Assembly: GCA_963703225.1 (NCBI GenBank)
Contig: OY969801.1
Location: forward strand, 2,848,001 to 2,912,000
DNA from: Candidatus Eiseniibacteriota bacterium
GTDB taxonomy: Bacteria; Eisenbacteria; RBG-16-71-46; SZUA-252
Reading direction: 5' to 3'
DNA: 64,000 nucleotides
This document shows, piece by piece, positions 28,705 through 38,690 of this stretch (its first letter is position 1; each line of letters starts with the position of its first letter). The notes beneath the pieces are model-generated. The model was not told where the DNA came from and made no database searches. It saw nothing but the letters and a program-made list of their open reading frames with translations. The translations under genes and the position numbers were made by a program.

Positions 28705-30245
28705 GCCGGCCCGCCAGACGCGTCAATGGACGCGGTCCGGCGCCTCAGCCCGCAGAAATCCGCTGCGCGATCTACACGCGCAAGTCGACCGAGGAGGGGC
28801 TCGACCGGGACATCAACTCCCTGAGCGTCCAGCGCCAAGCATGCGAGGAGTACGTCCGCACCCGAGCAGCCGACGGATGGCAACTGGTGACCGACTTGTA
28901 CGACGACGGCGGCTGGAGCGGCGCAACGGTGAAGAGGCCCGGATTCCAGCGTCTCTTGGCCGACGTCGAGACCGGCCGGGTCCAATGTGTGGTCGTTCAC
29001 AGAGTAGACAGACTGTCCCGTAGCCTCCTCGACTTCGCTCGGCTGATGGCGTTCTTCCAGGAACGCGGCGTTGCCTTCGTCTCGGTGACGCAGAACTTCT
29101 CGACGGCGGACCCCGTCGGTCGATTGACGCTGAATCTCCTCGCGACGTTCGCGGAGTTCGAGCGGGAGATGATCTCGGCGAGGACGAAGGACAAAATCGC
29201 GGCATCACGCCGTATGGGCAGATGGACCGGCGGCTTCACGCCAATTGGCTACGACCTGTGCAAAGGTCGATTGGTCGTCAACAAGGCCGCAGCGGCCAAG
29301 GTGCGCGAGATCTTTGCCGTCTACGAGGAAACTACATCGCTGGCCCGCACGGTCGAGGAGCTGGGCCGACGCGGGTTCACCATGAGGACCCGGAGCCGGC
29401 AGAACGGCTCGGGCCATTCTGGCCGGCCGTACGACAAGCCGTCGGTGCTGAGAGTGCTCCGCAGCCCGATCGTGGCCGGCCTGATTCGCAGTGGCGAGGC
29501 ACTCGTGAAGGCTGAGCACGAGGCCATCGTGCCACTCGAAACATGGCTGGGCGTCCAGGAGCGCCTGACCCGAAACGGCTCAGCCGGCTACCAGGGCGAG
29601 CGGGAGAATCAGCATGCGCTCCTGAAGGGCCTGCTCCACTGCACCCAGTGCGGCCGCAAGATGAGCCCGACGTACACGAGCAAGGGCGGCCGGCGATATC
29701 GCTACTACACGTGCCAGAACCGGATCAGGCAAGGCGCACACGCGTGCGCGACGGGCCAGGTGGCTGCTCATGAAATTGAACAGCGCGTGGTGGAGCGGAT
29801 CAGAGCGATCGGGCGGGATCCGGAGCTGGTCGCCGAGACGGTCCGGCAGGTCAGGCTTCAGCGGGAAGAGACGATAGTCGCCCTCAAGGCGGAGGAGAAG
29901 GCGCTGCGCCGCGAGCTTCGCGGGAAAAGTGCCACGCTGAAGCGGCTCGAAGCCAAGGGAGGTTCTCTGGCTGAACGCAAGGAGGCGGAGGAGCGAATCG
30001 CATCCATCCAGGCGCGGCTCGCGGCGGTCCCTGGGGAGATCCATGCCGCCAAGCGGCTGGACATCGACGAACACGACGTGGCTAGAGCGCTCGAAGCCTT
30101 CGGACCCGTGTGGGATGCGCTCTGGCCCACCGAGCGGGCGCGAACTCTTGGACTACTTGTGGAAGGGATCGGCTACGACGGGCGGAACAAGCAGATCGAC
30201 GTCCGGTTCAGGGCAGCAGGAGTACCCACGAATGGAACCGCGTAA
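28701..30245 (+). CDS. Large serine recombinase
   Basis: CAIYTRKS catalytic Ser, DRLSRS, recombinase domain, CxxC...C...C zinc ribbon, coiled coil. Confidence 0.93.
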   Translation: MSRPARRVNGRGPAPQPAEIRCAIYTRKSTEEGLDRDINSLSVQRQACEEYVRTRAADGWQLVTDLYDDGGWSGATVKRPGFQRLLADVETGRVQCVVVHRVDRLSRSLLDFARLMAFFQERGVAFVSVTQNFSTADPVGRLTLNLLATFAEFEREMISARTKDKIAASRRMGRWTGGFTPIGYDLCKGRLVVNKAAAAKVREIFAVYEETTSLARTVEELGRRGFTMRTRSRQNGSGHSGRPYDKPSVLRVLRSPIVAGLIRSGEALVKAEHEAIVPLETWLGVQERLTRNGSAGYQGERENQHALLKGLLHCTQCGRKMSPTYTSKGGRRYRYYTCQNRIRQGAHACATGQVAAHEIEQRVVERIRAIGRDPELVAETVRQVRLQREETIVALKAEEKALRRELRGKSATLKRLEAKGGSLAERKEAEERIASIQARLAAVPGEIHAAKRLDIDEHDVARALEAFGPVWDALWPTERARTLGLLVEGIGYDGRNKQIDVRFRAAGVPTNGTA

Positions 30246-30426
30246 ACCGCCATGCCGCCTGATCGGGACCGACGGGAACGCCTTCTCGGTCATTGGGCGG
30301 GTTCGGCGGGCGCTCGTGGCGGACGGCCAGGAGGATCGAGCCCGCGAGTTCGTAGAGAAGGCGTTCCGGTCGGGATCCTACGACGCGGTCTTACAGCTCT
30401 GCCTGGAGTACGTGGAGGTGGTGTGA
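30232..30426 (+). CDS. Small phage-type hypothetical protein (DGNAF motif)
   Basis: LIGTDGNAFSVIGRVRRAL...SYD; AGGAG RBS. Confidence 0.75.
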   Translation: MEPRKPPCRLIGTDGNAFSVIGRVRRALVADGQEDRAREFVEKAFRSGSYDAVLQLCLEYVEVV

Positions 30427-30614
30427 AGCGGGGCGGGCCTCGTCCACCAACGCAGCTCCCATCTGTCGATTGGTCGCTGCCCTATTCCTTGCGCTACCGT
30501 TCTGCTTCCGACATTATTCTGGCTGTCAGAACTGATCTGACCGTTGAACGCAGAATATGAGGAGGCCACATTCAGGGCATCCTTGTCTGGATACGGGAGC
30601 TTTGGGTTGCCCTT

Positions 30615-32594
30615 TTGGAATGGGCTGCGGCTTCTCAACCCAGCACCGTGGCCAATTCCGTTCAGGCTGTTGCTACCATCGTCTGCTCTGCTGCGTTTCT
30701 AGTCTTCTCACTAGCAATAATCCCCTTTCAGGCGGCTGCCGGGACATACGGCCCTTCCATCCTTCGATACATTGCCAGGGATCGTCACTTAGCCGCCATT
30801 TTTGTCCTATTTACCCTACTGGCATTCGCGGAAGCCATTCTGATGGTACGACCAGATCCGTCGTTACTCATCTTGTCGCTGGCTGGCCTAGTCGCATCGT
30901 TCGGCCTTTCGGTCCTCCTGTGGATGCGCTGTTCCGCCCTGTTAGATCCATCGGTGGGCGTCATCCCTCGGATCAGCACTTCATTCACGCAGAAACTACG
31001 ACGTGCATTTCGCGATGTCGAGCATCTCCACAAGCGCGGAGCGTTACCTCCAGATCCCTCGTTACTCCTCAATCAGGTAATGTCTACAGCCGATCGCGCG
31101 TACGACCTGCGGCATCCCTTCTCTGTTCCTCGCCATCTCATTGAGAAACCGTTCCAGGAGCTATCCGTGTTGTTTGAGCTCGCTGCAGCGCTTGCTCGAT
31201 CTGGCCATTCCGGCCTCTTTAGGGAAAGCCTCGCCAACGTCGGACTCTGTGTGAGCGCCTACCTAAGTGCAAGGCGTCGGTTCACGTCGCACGAGGATGC
31301 ATTCCTGAACGACGTCGTTTCCAACATTTCTGATCTCACATCAATAGCTCGTGCCACTCAGCAAGAGGCACTCCTCGTCATGATCTGGAGGCTGGAGCGC
31401 GATATCGCTATCGAGGCAGCAAAGCTCGAAACGATCGGCGTTTCACAGGGATATTGCTATCTGCCTTCGGTCATTAAGAGTGAGCTTCTGACCGCAATGG
31501 ATGTCGAGATGCTCTCAGGCCGGTATGAAAGCACGTTCCAAGGCATCCGGGCACTAGGAGGGTACGGAAGGATAATCGCAGGCTTGGGCTGTTTTGAATC
31601 AGCAGTCACGCTAATCGGCGACCTGTTTCAGCTCGCCTCGCGAGCGTCTCTTCTTAAGCGCCACGAGCTCGTCCTGATAGCGAAGCGGGAAATGGCGGAG
31701 GTCGCATTCTTTGCGGTGGCGGCGTCGCGCCCGAACGTCTCCTTCGACTTGGTGGGAAGCGCACTGGTGGAGAGCTACGGGAAGGCGTTCGACCTTACGC
31801 GCGCCGATCCGTTCATCAACAGCGACGACCCCTTTGCCACGTGGTCGCCTGATCTTACGAAGGACCGCAGCCCCTCCGCTTTGGTGCGCGTTGCCTTATT
31901 CCCTCTGGCACCCACGGATCCTTCCATCTCTGAGAACCTGGAGTTTGTGAAGAGCCTGATCGAGCTCATGAAGCTCAACTTCGTGCAGCAGCGTGGCGTG
32001 GCATCCCTCGATCACCAGCTCTACCAGTCAGCACTCTGGCTCATTGCGTTCACTGACACCGGCCTCACGCTGGATCTCCTCGTCATCTACCCCGAGGCCA
32101 CCATACCGAGCGCACGCAATCTGAGATCCGGTGAGGCAATTCTGCTAGATTTGATCCGTTGGCACATACGAACATATGTGGCCAGCTGCAAGAAGGACGA
32201 TCGCACGGTAGGCCACGGCCGCGATCTTCAGACGACCTTGCTTTCACTGCTTGCTATGATTCTGACGTCGGAAGATTGGCGCGGGCGAAATGGAGAGGCC
32301 CGCGTTGAATCCTTAGTGCTCAGCGAGACTGACGAGATTCGCGGGATGTTGGATCTGTATTCCTTAGACGGAACTGGGTACCGGAACCTGGAGCGCTTCG
32401 CTTCCTTTCTTGCCCGCGAACGGCTCTGCCCTAAGGCACGGCGACGCATAATGGCTCTGCTGCGAAAGGCGGGTCACCCTGGGCAGGGCTACAGCCCGGG
32501 GCTATTCGAATTTGTCTACATAAAGCGACCTATCATCACGTTCAACCCGAGTGTATTTGAGCGGCTAGACGCGCGTGTATTCGCCGGACGGTAG
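30615..32594 (+). CDS. Membrane protein, N-terminal TM helices (DUF2254-like) plus a long helical domain
   Basis: Hydrophobic N-terminus, YGPSILR motif; start uncertain. Confidence 0.65.
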   Translation: MEWAAASQPSTVANSVQAVATIVCSAAFLVFSLAIIPFQAAAGTYGPSILRYIARDRHLAAIFVLFTLLAFAEAILMVRPDPSLLILSLAGLVASFGLSVLLWMRCSALLDPSVGVIPRISTSFTQKLRRAFRDVEHLHKRGALPPDPSLLLNQVMSTADRAYDLRHPFSVPRHLIEKPFQELSVLFELAAALARSGHSGLFRESLANVGLCVSAYLSARRRFTSHEDAFLNDVVSNISDLTSIARATQQEALLVMIWRLERDIAIEAAKLETIGVSQGYCYLPSVIKSELLTAMDVEMLSGRYESTFQGIRALGGYGRIIAGLGCFESAVTLIGDLFQLASRASLLKRHELVLIAKREMAEVAFFAVAASRPNVSFDLVGSALVESYGKAFDLTRADPFINSDDPFATWSPDLTKDRSPSALVRVALFPLAPTDPSISENLEFVKSLIELMKLNFVQQRGVASLDHQLYQSALWLIAFTDTGLTLDLLVIYPEATIPSARNLRSGEAILLDLIRWHIRTYVASCKKDDRTVGHGRDLQTTLLSLLAMILTSEDWRGRNGEARVESLVLSETDEIRGMLDLYSLDGTGYRNLERFASFLARERLCPKARRRIMALLRKAGHPGQGYSPGLFEFVYIKRPIITFNPSVFERLDARVFAGR

Positions 32595-32770
32595 TTCGTC
32601 GGGACTTCAATCTCCCCGGCGGCCCCTCGAAATCGTGGCTTCAAGCAGCCGACGATCTTTCGACACCTCGGTGCAATAACTGATCGTATCTACGCGCCGC
32701 ACCGCTGCTGTCTACTGCACGCCACCAATCTCCATCCGCAGCCCGCGAGAGTCGCACTCGGGGAGGCGGC

Positions 32771-33079
32771 CTACACCGATTGGCCAGTCGCGAGGTCGTA
32801 CTCGAGTGAGACGTTGGTCCTCAGGCAGCCTACGCACGAAACACGCCCCGCGATCGGCGCCCATGGCTCAGTGCCTCGCTCCCTGCCTATGTTGCGGGCG
32901 AGGTACTGCCCCGGATCTCCCGCAAGCTCAAAGTGCTCCTCCTTGGCGTGCGGCGGCTCGGTCACAAAGACATAGATCCCCTTACGGTCATCCCCTTCGC
33001 TCGTCATAAAGCGCTTCCTACACTCTGAGCACGCAACCCTACCTTCGGGGTCTCCTCGAAGCGGAAGCAAACGAGCCAT
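32771..33079 (-). CDS. Small putative zinc-ribbon protein
   Basis: GGAGGAGG RBS; CSEC...CVGC. Confidence 0.6.
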   Translation of the reverse strand: MARLLPLRGDPEGRVACSECRKRFMTSEGDDRKGIYVFVTEPPHAKEEHFELAGDPGQYLARNIGRERGTEPWAPIAGRVSCVGCLRTNVSLEYDLATGQSV

Positions 33080-33140
33080 AGCCTCCTCCGTGTCGACAGC
33101 CGCCAGCACATTCACTAGGGACGGTGGGGTCTTGATGGGC

Positions 33141-33845
33141 TCATCTTGCGAAGTGCTGACGAAACACTGGGGTGCCGAGTGCGCTATTCGCGTCAGCAGC
33201 GAACGACTCATAATCCCGAAGGAAGTGATTGTACTCGTCGAGGAAATGGCGTCGAAGCTCTGCATTCTCGGGCCCGAGATCGAGCTTGCTGACCGATGTC
33301 GGCAGTTGGAAGTGCTCGACCGCGCCAACCAAGGTCTCGAAGTCTTCACAGATGGCCTTGGCCTCCTCCGCCATTTTGGGGAGGCTGCGGGCCCGTTTCT
33401 CCGCAGCAGGAACGAGGCGGGCCATAACGATCAAGAACGGGTCAACCCGTGCCTGCAGGTCATTCGCTCCAATCGATACCACGAGGTGATGCCAGCTTGA
33501 GGTCATGTGGGGATCAAAGAAGTCACCAAACCTCTTCACCCTAGACTTGTACCCGCTCCAGTGAAGCCTAAGCACTGTTTTCTCGCGGCGGGCGTGCCCA
33601 ATCCGATTAGCTATGCGCCGGGTAGGTGCCCAACCCCACGCCAACAGGATCAGCACCAAGTAGGCCACCGGCAAGATGAAATACCAGCCTGGCACCCCAG
33701 GCTTAGACAACGACACCCATAGGGTGATGGCGACGCCTACCAGACCGAGTGCGGCGAACACGGTCCTGGTTCCATCAGATCCCTGAGGCTGGCTAGGTTG
33801 GCTCAACTCACCCAAGCAATTCCTCGCACTTCGCAGCCACAGCAC
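33141..33845 (-). CDS. Hypothetical protein with two N-terminal TM helices
   Basis: Two hydrophobic segments then a soluble helical domain; start uncertain. Confidence 0.6.
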   Translation of the reverse strand: MLWLRSARNCLGELSQPSQPQGSDGTRTVFAALGLVGVAITLWVSLSKPGVPGWYFILPVAYLVLILLAWGWAPTRRIANRIGHARREKTVLRLHWSGYKSRVKRFGDFFDPHMTSSWHHLVVSIGANDLQARVDPFLIVMARLVPAAEKRARSLPKMAEEAKAICEDFETLVGAVEHFQLPTSVSKLDLGPENAELRRHFLDEYNHFLRDYESFAADANSALGTPVFRQHFAR

Positions 33846-33971
33846 ATTTCGGCCTCTTCGCCACCGCCTTCACTTCCGCACTCTGCCTCGACTTGGACTG
33901 CCGGCCTCGCTCCTGCACCTACTCAAGTGACTCTCGCTCCCTGCCAAATGCGGCTCCACTAACCCAAAGTG

Positions 33972-36900
33972 TCAATCGCCTTTCATGACCTTCACCCCTC
34001 GCGGTCCTGGCCGGCTTTTCGTCCGATCCGCCTTGGATTCGTGGGATCGCTGCATCTCGCCGACGATTCGCATAGTCTCGACGCTCACCGTTGTCACGCG
34101 GGCCAGCAGATCGATCGCCTCTTCCTTGTGCTCGGCGAAGCGATAGGTGTCAAAGTTCTCACGAATTGTAGGGTCCTTCGGAGCCTTCTCCTTGTGCTGG
34201 TCGAGTATCCACTCGAGGGCACTCCGGTTCCCCAGCTTGTAGTTCCACGCTTCGGGCGGAATCCCCACGAGGGTAGTTTCGCTATCCACCTGGATGTGAC
34301 CCTCTTCCTTTCTTGCCTTCAGCATGGCCTTTGGCGTGTGACCGGCTATGCGTGCCTTCTCATCCGGCACATCGACGCGTTGCAGAGGGAAAGGTGCGAC
34401 CGACCCGAAGCCGAGGTGGAGCTCAATCAGTGCCCTGCCCCAGTCGGCCCACTGCCAGAAGTCTGCGTAGAACGGGATGCGAGGGAACTCGTGCTTCAAG
34501 TTTACCGCGTACTTCTCCCGGTAGATCGGATCGTGGAGCACGCCGTAGCAATAGCGAAAGATTTCCTCCCTTGTGATACGACGAGGCTTCGTGCCAGCGA
34601 CGGATTCATATTTCTCTTGGAACCGCGCAAGGGCCCAGTCCGTGATGTTGTCTGCTCTCGCATCCTGACCCTTGGAGAGCGTCTGAAGGGGTACCACCTG
34701 AAACGCATCCGTACTCGCACAGAGATGTAGTTCGGGAATCATTCGGCTTGCCAGAACACTGAAGGGTGATCGAGAGCCACGATCGCTAAACGCAAAGGCG
34801 ATATTCTCGGACGAGCCAGCACCAAACAGCGCCGGCATCTGGTACTGCCGCCCAATGAAGTGGCTGTCAAAGTATAGATAGCGCCTCACATAGGGACGGT
34901 AGAGCGCCAATGTCACCATCTTCGCCGAATACTTCGTCGCAACGCCTCGGGAGAGAAGTGCCTCGAGGGTTGGATCCCACTTGATCGCGAGGCTCTTTAC
35001 GCCTGACTCTCGGCTGCGCTCGTACTCACTGACGAAGAAACGCATCTTCTTTGCCAACAGATTCTTGGACCGGTCGTACACCCAGTCATCACGTTGGCTT
35101 TTCAACCCTGCTGAGAATAGTCGAAAGATTGCATTTCTCGACGTAGTGATCCCAGACTTGATGTCCTTGTCAATCAGCGCCAAGTGAGAGTCGAACGACG
35201 TATCACCTGGCTCGGCCCATGCCTTGCCGCGTTCGGGCTTCAATTCATGGTATGGAATGTCGTCAACCGCCGTCCGTGCAAGCCAACCGAGTTTGTCCGC
35301 TGCCACCTCCATCTCAGGGCGCTCAGTGACGAAAAGTCGACATCCCTTCGCGCCTCTACGGCGCACCAGGAAACTGATCGTCACTCCAGTTTGTATCCCG
35401 AAGACATTGTGCGTAGTCCCTGATAGTTTCGGATTTGCCCGTACGTCTCCTCCAAGATCTATGATCCGGATCTCATTGAACTCTTCTATCAGCGCCCTTC
35501 TCAAGCCGTCAAACGTGTTCCCAGAGAGAAAGTTGCGGTTACTGATGAAAGCAAGGATGCCGTTCTCAGATAAACGATCGGCCGCCCAGCGGAAAAAGCG
35601 TACGTACATGTCGTACAGCGCCATCTGGTTCTGCGCTGTTCCAAGCGCTCCATATGTTGCACCAATTCGCTTGTCGATTTCCCGATATGGCCGATTGGGA
35701 TTCCGGAGATTGAAATTGCCCTGCCACGCGTTATAGGGCGGATTCCCAAGGATGACGCTAATCTCCTTCCGATTCTGACGGCGGATGCGCTTCACATTGT
35801 CATCAGAAACTGCGCCAAACAAGTCCCCTTGGTGTCCCTTGTGTTGCTTCAAGGCAAACGTGTTGTCCAACGTATCAACGAGACAAAGCCCAGGGAACTG
35901 CTCGTACCGCCCCGTTGCGGCAGCATAGGTCGCTTCGATGTTCAGATTCGCTACGTAATATGGAAGGATTGCAACCTCATTGGCATGCAGCTCAAGTTGG
36001 TACTTGTGGGCCAGCTTCGCTGGTCGCCCCGCAAAGTGCTCGATCAGCTCGCAGATAAAGGTGCCAGTACCTGTCGCCGGATCGAGGATGTCGACGTCCT
36101 TGTCGATAAGATTCCGACCGAAGTGCTTCTCGCAGAGCCAGTCGGCGCTCTCAATGATGAATCGGACGATCTCATTGGGTGTATAGACGACGCCGAGCCG
36201 GTCGGCAGCCTTCGGGTTGTAGACCTTGTAGAAGTTCTCGTAGATCGCCTTGAGGAAGGTCTGCTTCTCGTGGTGGGTCGATATCTGAGAACCCGCCTTG
36301 CGGATGGCCGCATAGTAGGGATCCAACCCCTTTAGCGCCTGGAACTTTGTGTCGCCTGTGAAAAATGTCGCCTCGAGCTTGTGCATTTCCACCGCGACGT
36401 TGTTGTCCTCGTGGTAAGTAGTTCCCGGGAACACGGCCGCGAAGACCTCCCCGGTGAGCACGTGCTGGATTAGCATCTCCCGAACGTCGGCGGCGGTGAG
36501 GTTTGGGTTGATGGCCTCACGGGCGTGTATGAGAAAGTCCTCCGATGCTTCCCTAAATGTCGGCTCAGCCTTGTGAGCGCGCTCAATCATCGTTCGTAGT
36601 GATTCCAGTACAGCCGGCAAGTCAGCCTTGAACTGCTGGACGGCCTTCCGGAAGGCCTCGATTTCTGGGCGCTCATAGCTGAAAAATAGGTCGAGGAGCT
36701 TCTCGAGCCTTTCGAGGTCTTCGACGCCGCATCGCATTACCTCCTCGCCATGCTGGATCAACACCGCTTCGGAGGAATCTTCGAAAATGATGTTGGTCTT
36801 GGGGTAGCCGGCGCGGAACTTCTTCTCTATCTCAGAGTCGAGGTCGTCTTTGGTGTCCTTAGCTTCCCAGTAACCGAGCGGAACGCGGAGAGTGTGGAGG

Positions 36901-37100
36901 AGCGCTCCGTCCACGTAGCGCCGCTCTTTGACTTTCGTGTCGCACTGATATTCAGCGACGAAGGTTAGATCGCGCGACCGAGCGTATCCTTTAAGCAGGT
37001 CCTTAAAGGCTTCTCGCACGACCGATTCACGATGGGTACCGGAGACCCGCCGGAGCGTGGCGAGTTCGTTGAGATACTTCTGGATGAGGAGCTGGCTCAT
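33972..37100 (-). CDS. Single-chain restriction-modification enzyme (N6-MTase with Type ISP/LlaBIII-like C-terminal specificity domain, no helicase)
   Basis: VDG...WEAK nuclease motif, GVVYTP, LDPATGTGTF, GNPPY, YRPY and YKLGNRSALEW motifs. Confidence 0.9.
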   Translation of the reverse strand: MSQLLIQKYLNELATLRRVSGTHRESVVREAFKDLLKGYARSRDLTFVAEYQCDTKVKERRYVDGALLHTLRVPLGYWEAKDTKDDLDSEIEKKFRAGYPKTNIIFEDSSEAVLIQHGEEVMRCGVEDLERLEKLLDLFFSYERPEIEAFRKAVQQFKADLPAVLESLRTMIERAHKAEPTFREASEDFLIHAREAINPNLTAADVREMLIQHVLTGEVFAAVFPGTTYHEDNNVAVEMHKLEATFFTGDTKFQALKGLDPYYAAIRKAGSQISTHHEKQTFLKAIYENFYKVYNPKAADRLGVVYTPNEIVRFIIESADWLCEKHFGRNLIDKDVDILDPATGTGTFICELIEHFAGRPAKLAHKYQLELHANEVAILPYYVANLNIEATYAAATGRYEQFPGLCLVDTLDNTFALKQHKGHQGDLFGAVSDDNVKRIRRQNRKEISVILGNPPYNAWQGNFNLRNPNRPYREIDKRIGATYGALGTAQNQMALYDMYVRFFRWAADRLSENGILAFISNRNFLSGNTFDGLRRALIEEFNEIRIIDLGGDVRANPKLSGTTHNVFGIQTGVTISFLVRRRGAKGCRLFVTERPEMEVAADKLGWLARTAVDDIPYHELKPERGKAWAEPGDTSFDSHLALIDKDIKSGITTSRNAIFRLFSAGLKSQRDDWVYDRSKNLLAKKMRFFVSEYERSRESGVKSLAIKWDPTLEALLSRGVATKYSAKMVTLALYRPYVRRYLYFDSHFIGRQYQMPALFGAGSSENIAFAFSDRGSRSPFSVLASRMIPELHLCASTDAFQVVPLQTLSKGQDARADNITDWALARFQEKYESVAGTKPRRITREEIFRYCYGVLHDPIYREKYAVNLKHEFPRIPFYADFWQWADWGRALIELHLGFGSVAPFPLQRVDVPDEKARIAGHTPKAMLKARKEEGHIQVDSETTLVGIPPEAWNYKLGNRSALEWILDQHKEKAPKDPTIRENFDTYRFAEHKEEAIDLLARVTTVSVETMRIVGEMQRSHESKADRTKSRPGPRGVKVMKGD

Positions 37101-37175
37101 TCGGTGGTCCCGCGTGGGGCGCGGCACCCAACTGCGGCGTCCTCAGGCACGAGACATGCCCCTCATTTCGCTAAG

Positions 37176-37385
37176 CAGAGAGCCAGAGATCAAGAGAGCC
37201 GCATTGTGGCGCTCGGACCAGCAAAAGGGCAAGCTTGGCCTGCTTGTGGGCCTGGTCCCGCGCCGTGCCCATACGCGGAGAGACGACCAGGACTCGTAAG
37301 TCGCGCATACACGCCTAGATACATGCCGACCCCGGCAGCACTCGCCACCGGGGCCTAAATCTCCAGCGCGAACCCGCGAGTTCAC
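37176..37385. repeat. Att/promoter repeat unit, copy 2 (truncated at the att dyad)
   Basis: AG box 37176-37211 and hairpins 37330-37385. Confidence 0.88.
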
Positions 37386-37391
37386 GGGCGT

Positions 37392-37892
37392 TCATAGAAT
37401 CAGCTCTGATGTCAATTCCGGGGCGAACTCCGCGATCCGCTGAAGAAACGCCTTCGGCTCATTGGGAGTCAGATACAGGCCGAATCCCCTCGCCCTGCGC
37501 TTAAGGAGCACGCAGTCAGTCAGGCGAACGCAGGGCGTCACCGAGGGCCAGCCTATTCGAGTCGCGAACATCCCCTTCTGCCAGTACGCGGTGACGAAGT
37601 CGGACCAGGGGTACCGCCGGGTCCATGGGCCGTATCGAACTTCAAGGCCCGCCTCGCTCACCGTATAGTAGGTCGTGTAGAGCGGCCAGAAATAGAAGCC
37701 GACAACGCCGACGGTCAGCGCGATCACGGCCCAGGCCAGTCCAGGAATCGCGGAAGATGCTCCGGGCGAGGATGGTCGAAGCATCGCGGGAGTGATGGCG
37801 AGGACTGCACCAAGTGCGATGGTGAGGAGGATCATGAGGCCGACGCTCGGTGCCGGGTGGTCCACATACTTTCGATCAGGGCGAGTCGGCAT
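37392..37892 (-). CDS. Membrane protein with bacterial PH domain
   Basis: Two TM helices then YYTVSEAGLEVRYG...YLTPNEPKAF. Confidence 0.75.
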   Translation of the reverse strand: MPTRPDRKYVDHPAPSVGLMILLTIALGAVLAITPAMLRPSSPGASSAIPGLAWAVIALTVGVVGFYFWPLYTTYYTVSEAGLEVRYGPWTRRYPWSDFVTAYWQKGMFATRIGWPSVTPCVRLTDCVLLKRRARGFGLYLTPNEPKAFLQRIAEFAPELTSELIL

Positions 37893-37951
37893 CGCTGCCC
37901 CCACGGAGTTGTCCTTCGAACGAAACCTCCGACTTTGGAATTCCGCCCCTG

Positions 37952-38262
37952 CAGAGAGCCAGAAGAGAGCCAGAGAGGCAGAGAGCCGCATCGTGCCACG
38001 AGGCACGCCGGACGCGCAAGGATGGCCTCCGGCTGCTCCGGCAGCGCCGATCCGCCTGCCGCGGGACTTTGGTAACGGCCACAACTCGCGCCGTGGGCTA
38101 AACATGTGAAGCCCCAGCAGCTCTCGCCACCGGGGCCCCTATCTCCAGCGCGAACCCGCGAGTTCGCACTTTTTCATTTGGCTCCCCAAACGTAACCCAG
38201 TGCGAACTCGCGAAGGGTCATAGCCCACCCGCGGGGTTTGCCTTCTCATCCCATGTGCGAAC
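37952..38262. repeat. Att/promoter repeat unit, copy 3 (complete, with right-arm box)
   Basis: AG box 37952-37995, hairpins from 38112, dyad with perfect 14-bp arms cgcgagttcgcact / agtgcgaactcgcg at 38157-38212, box 38220-38262. Confidence 0.9.
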
Positions 38263-38283
38263 TGCTGGCCCGTGACTTTAAAG

Positions 38284-38498
38284 GACGACCCGGAGTGCGC
38301 AACCGGGACCGCTACGGACGGCTCCTTCGCTACGTGTACCTGCCGGACGGCACCCTGCTCAACGCGCGGATCATCTCCGAGGGCTATGGGTTCGCGTACG
38401 TAAACCCGTTCACCCGCACGAAGGAGTTCCGAGCGCTCGAGCGGCGCGCGCGCGCAAGGAAGGAAGGGGGCTGTGGGCCGCGGAGTAAGAAAGGCTGA
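38284..38498 (+). pseudogene. 3' remnant of a thermonuclease gene
   Basis: DDPEC.NRDRYGRLLRYVYLPDGTLLNARIISEGYGFAY; homologous to 12815-13145. Confidence 0.85.
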
Positions 38499-38690
38499 GC
38501 TACTGTACTTTTCTAAACGCCATTTGGTTGCCTGATCCGTCCGGAGATCGGCGTGCACGGACGCGCAGCGAGTCGGCGGTGAGAGAGTGTGGTGAGGTGG
38601 CGCTTCCTTGTCGGCCATAGTAGAATCGACTTGGTCGCTTGTCAGCAGCGCCCGTATTCATGCACGTGCAAACTTGGGGCTCGCATCAGA

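Larger units (their letters stand above)
14391..30426. mobile_element. Phage-like integrative element without structural genes (boundaries approximate)
   Basis: Tyr recombinase, TerL, TerS-like, ParB, Dam-like MTase, DUF3987, DUF2924 and serine recombinase; no portal, capsid or tail gene recognised. Confidence 0.7.

Noticed and set aside
28701..30245. Assigning this serine recombinase as the cognate enzyme for the tRNA-Asn att dyads
   Set aside because: It is not adjacent to any dyad copy and belongs to a DUF2924-linked module; the cognate enzyme may lie outside the window, so this is left as a test rather than a call.
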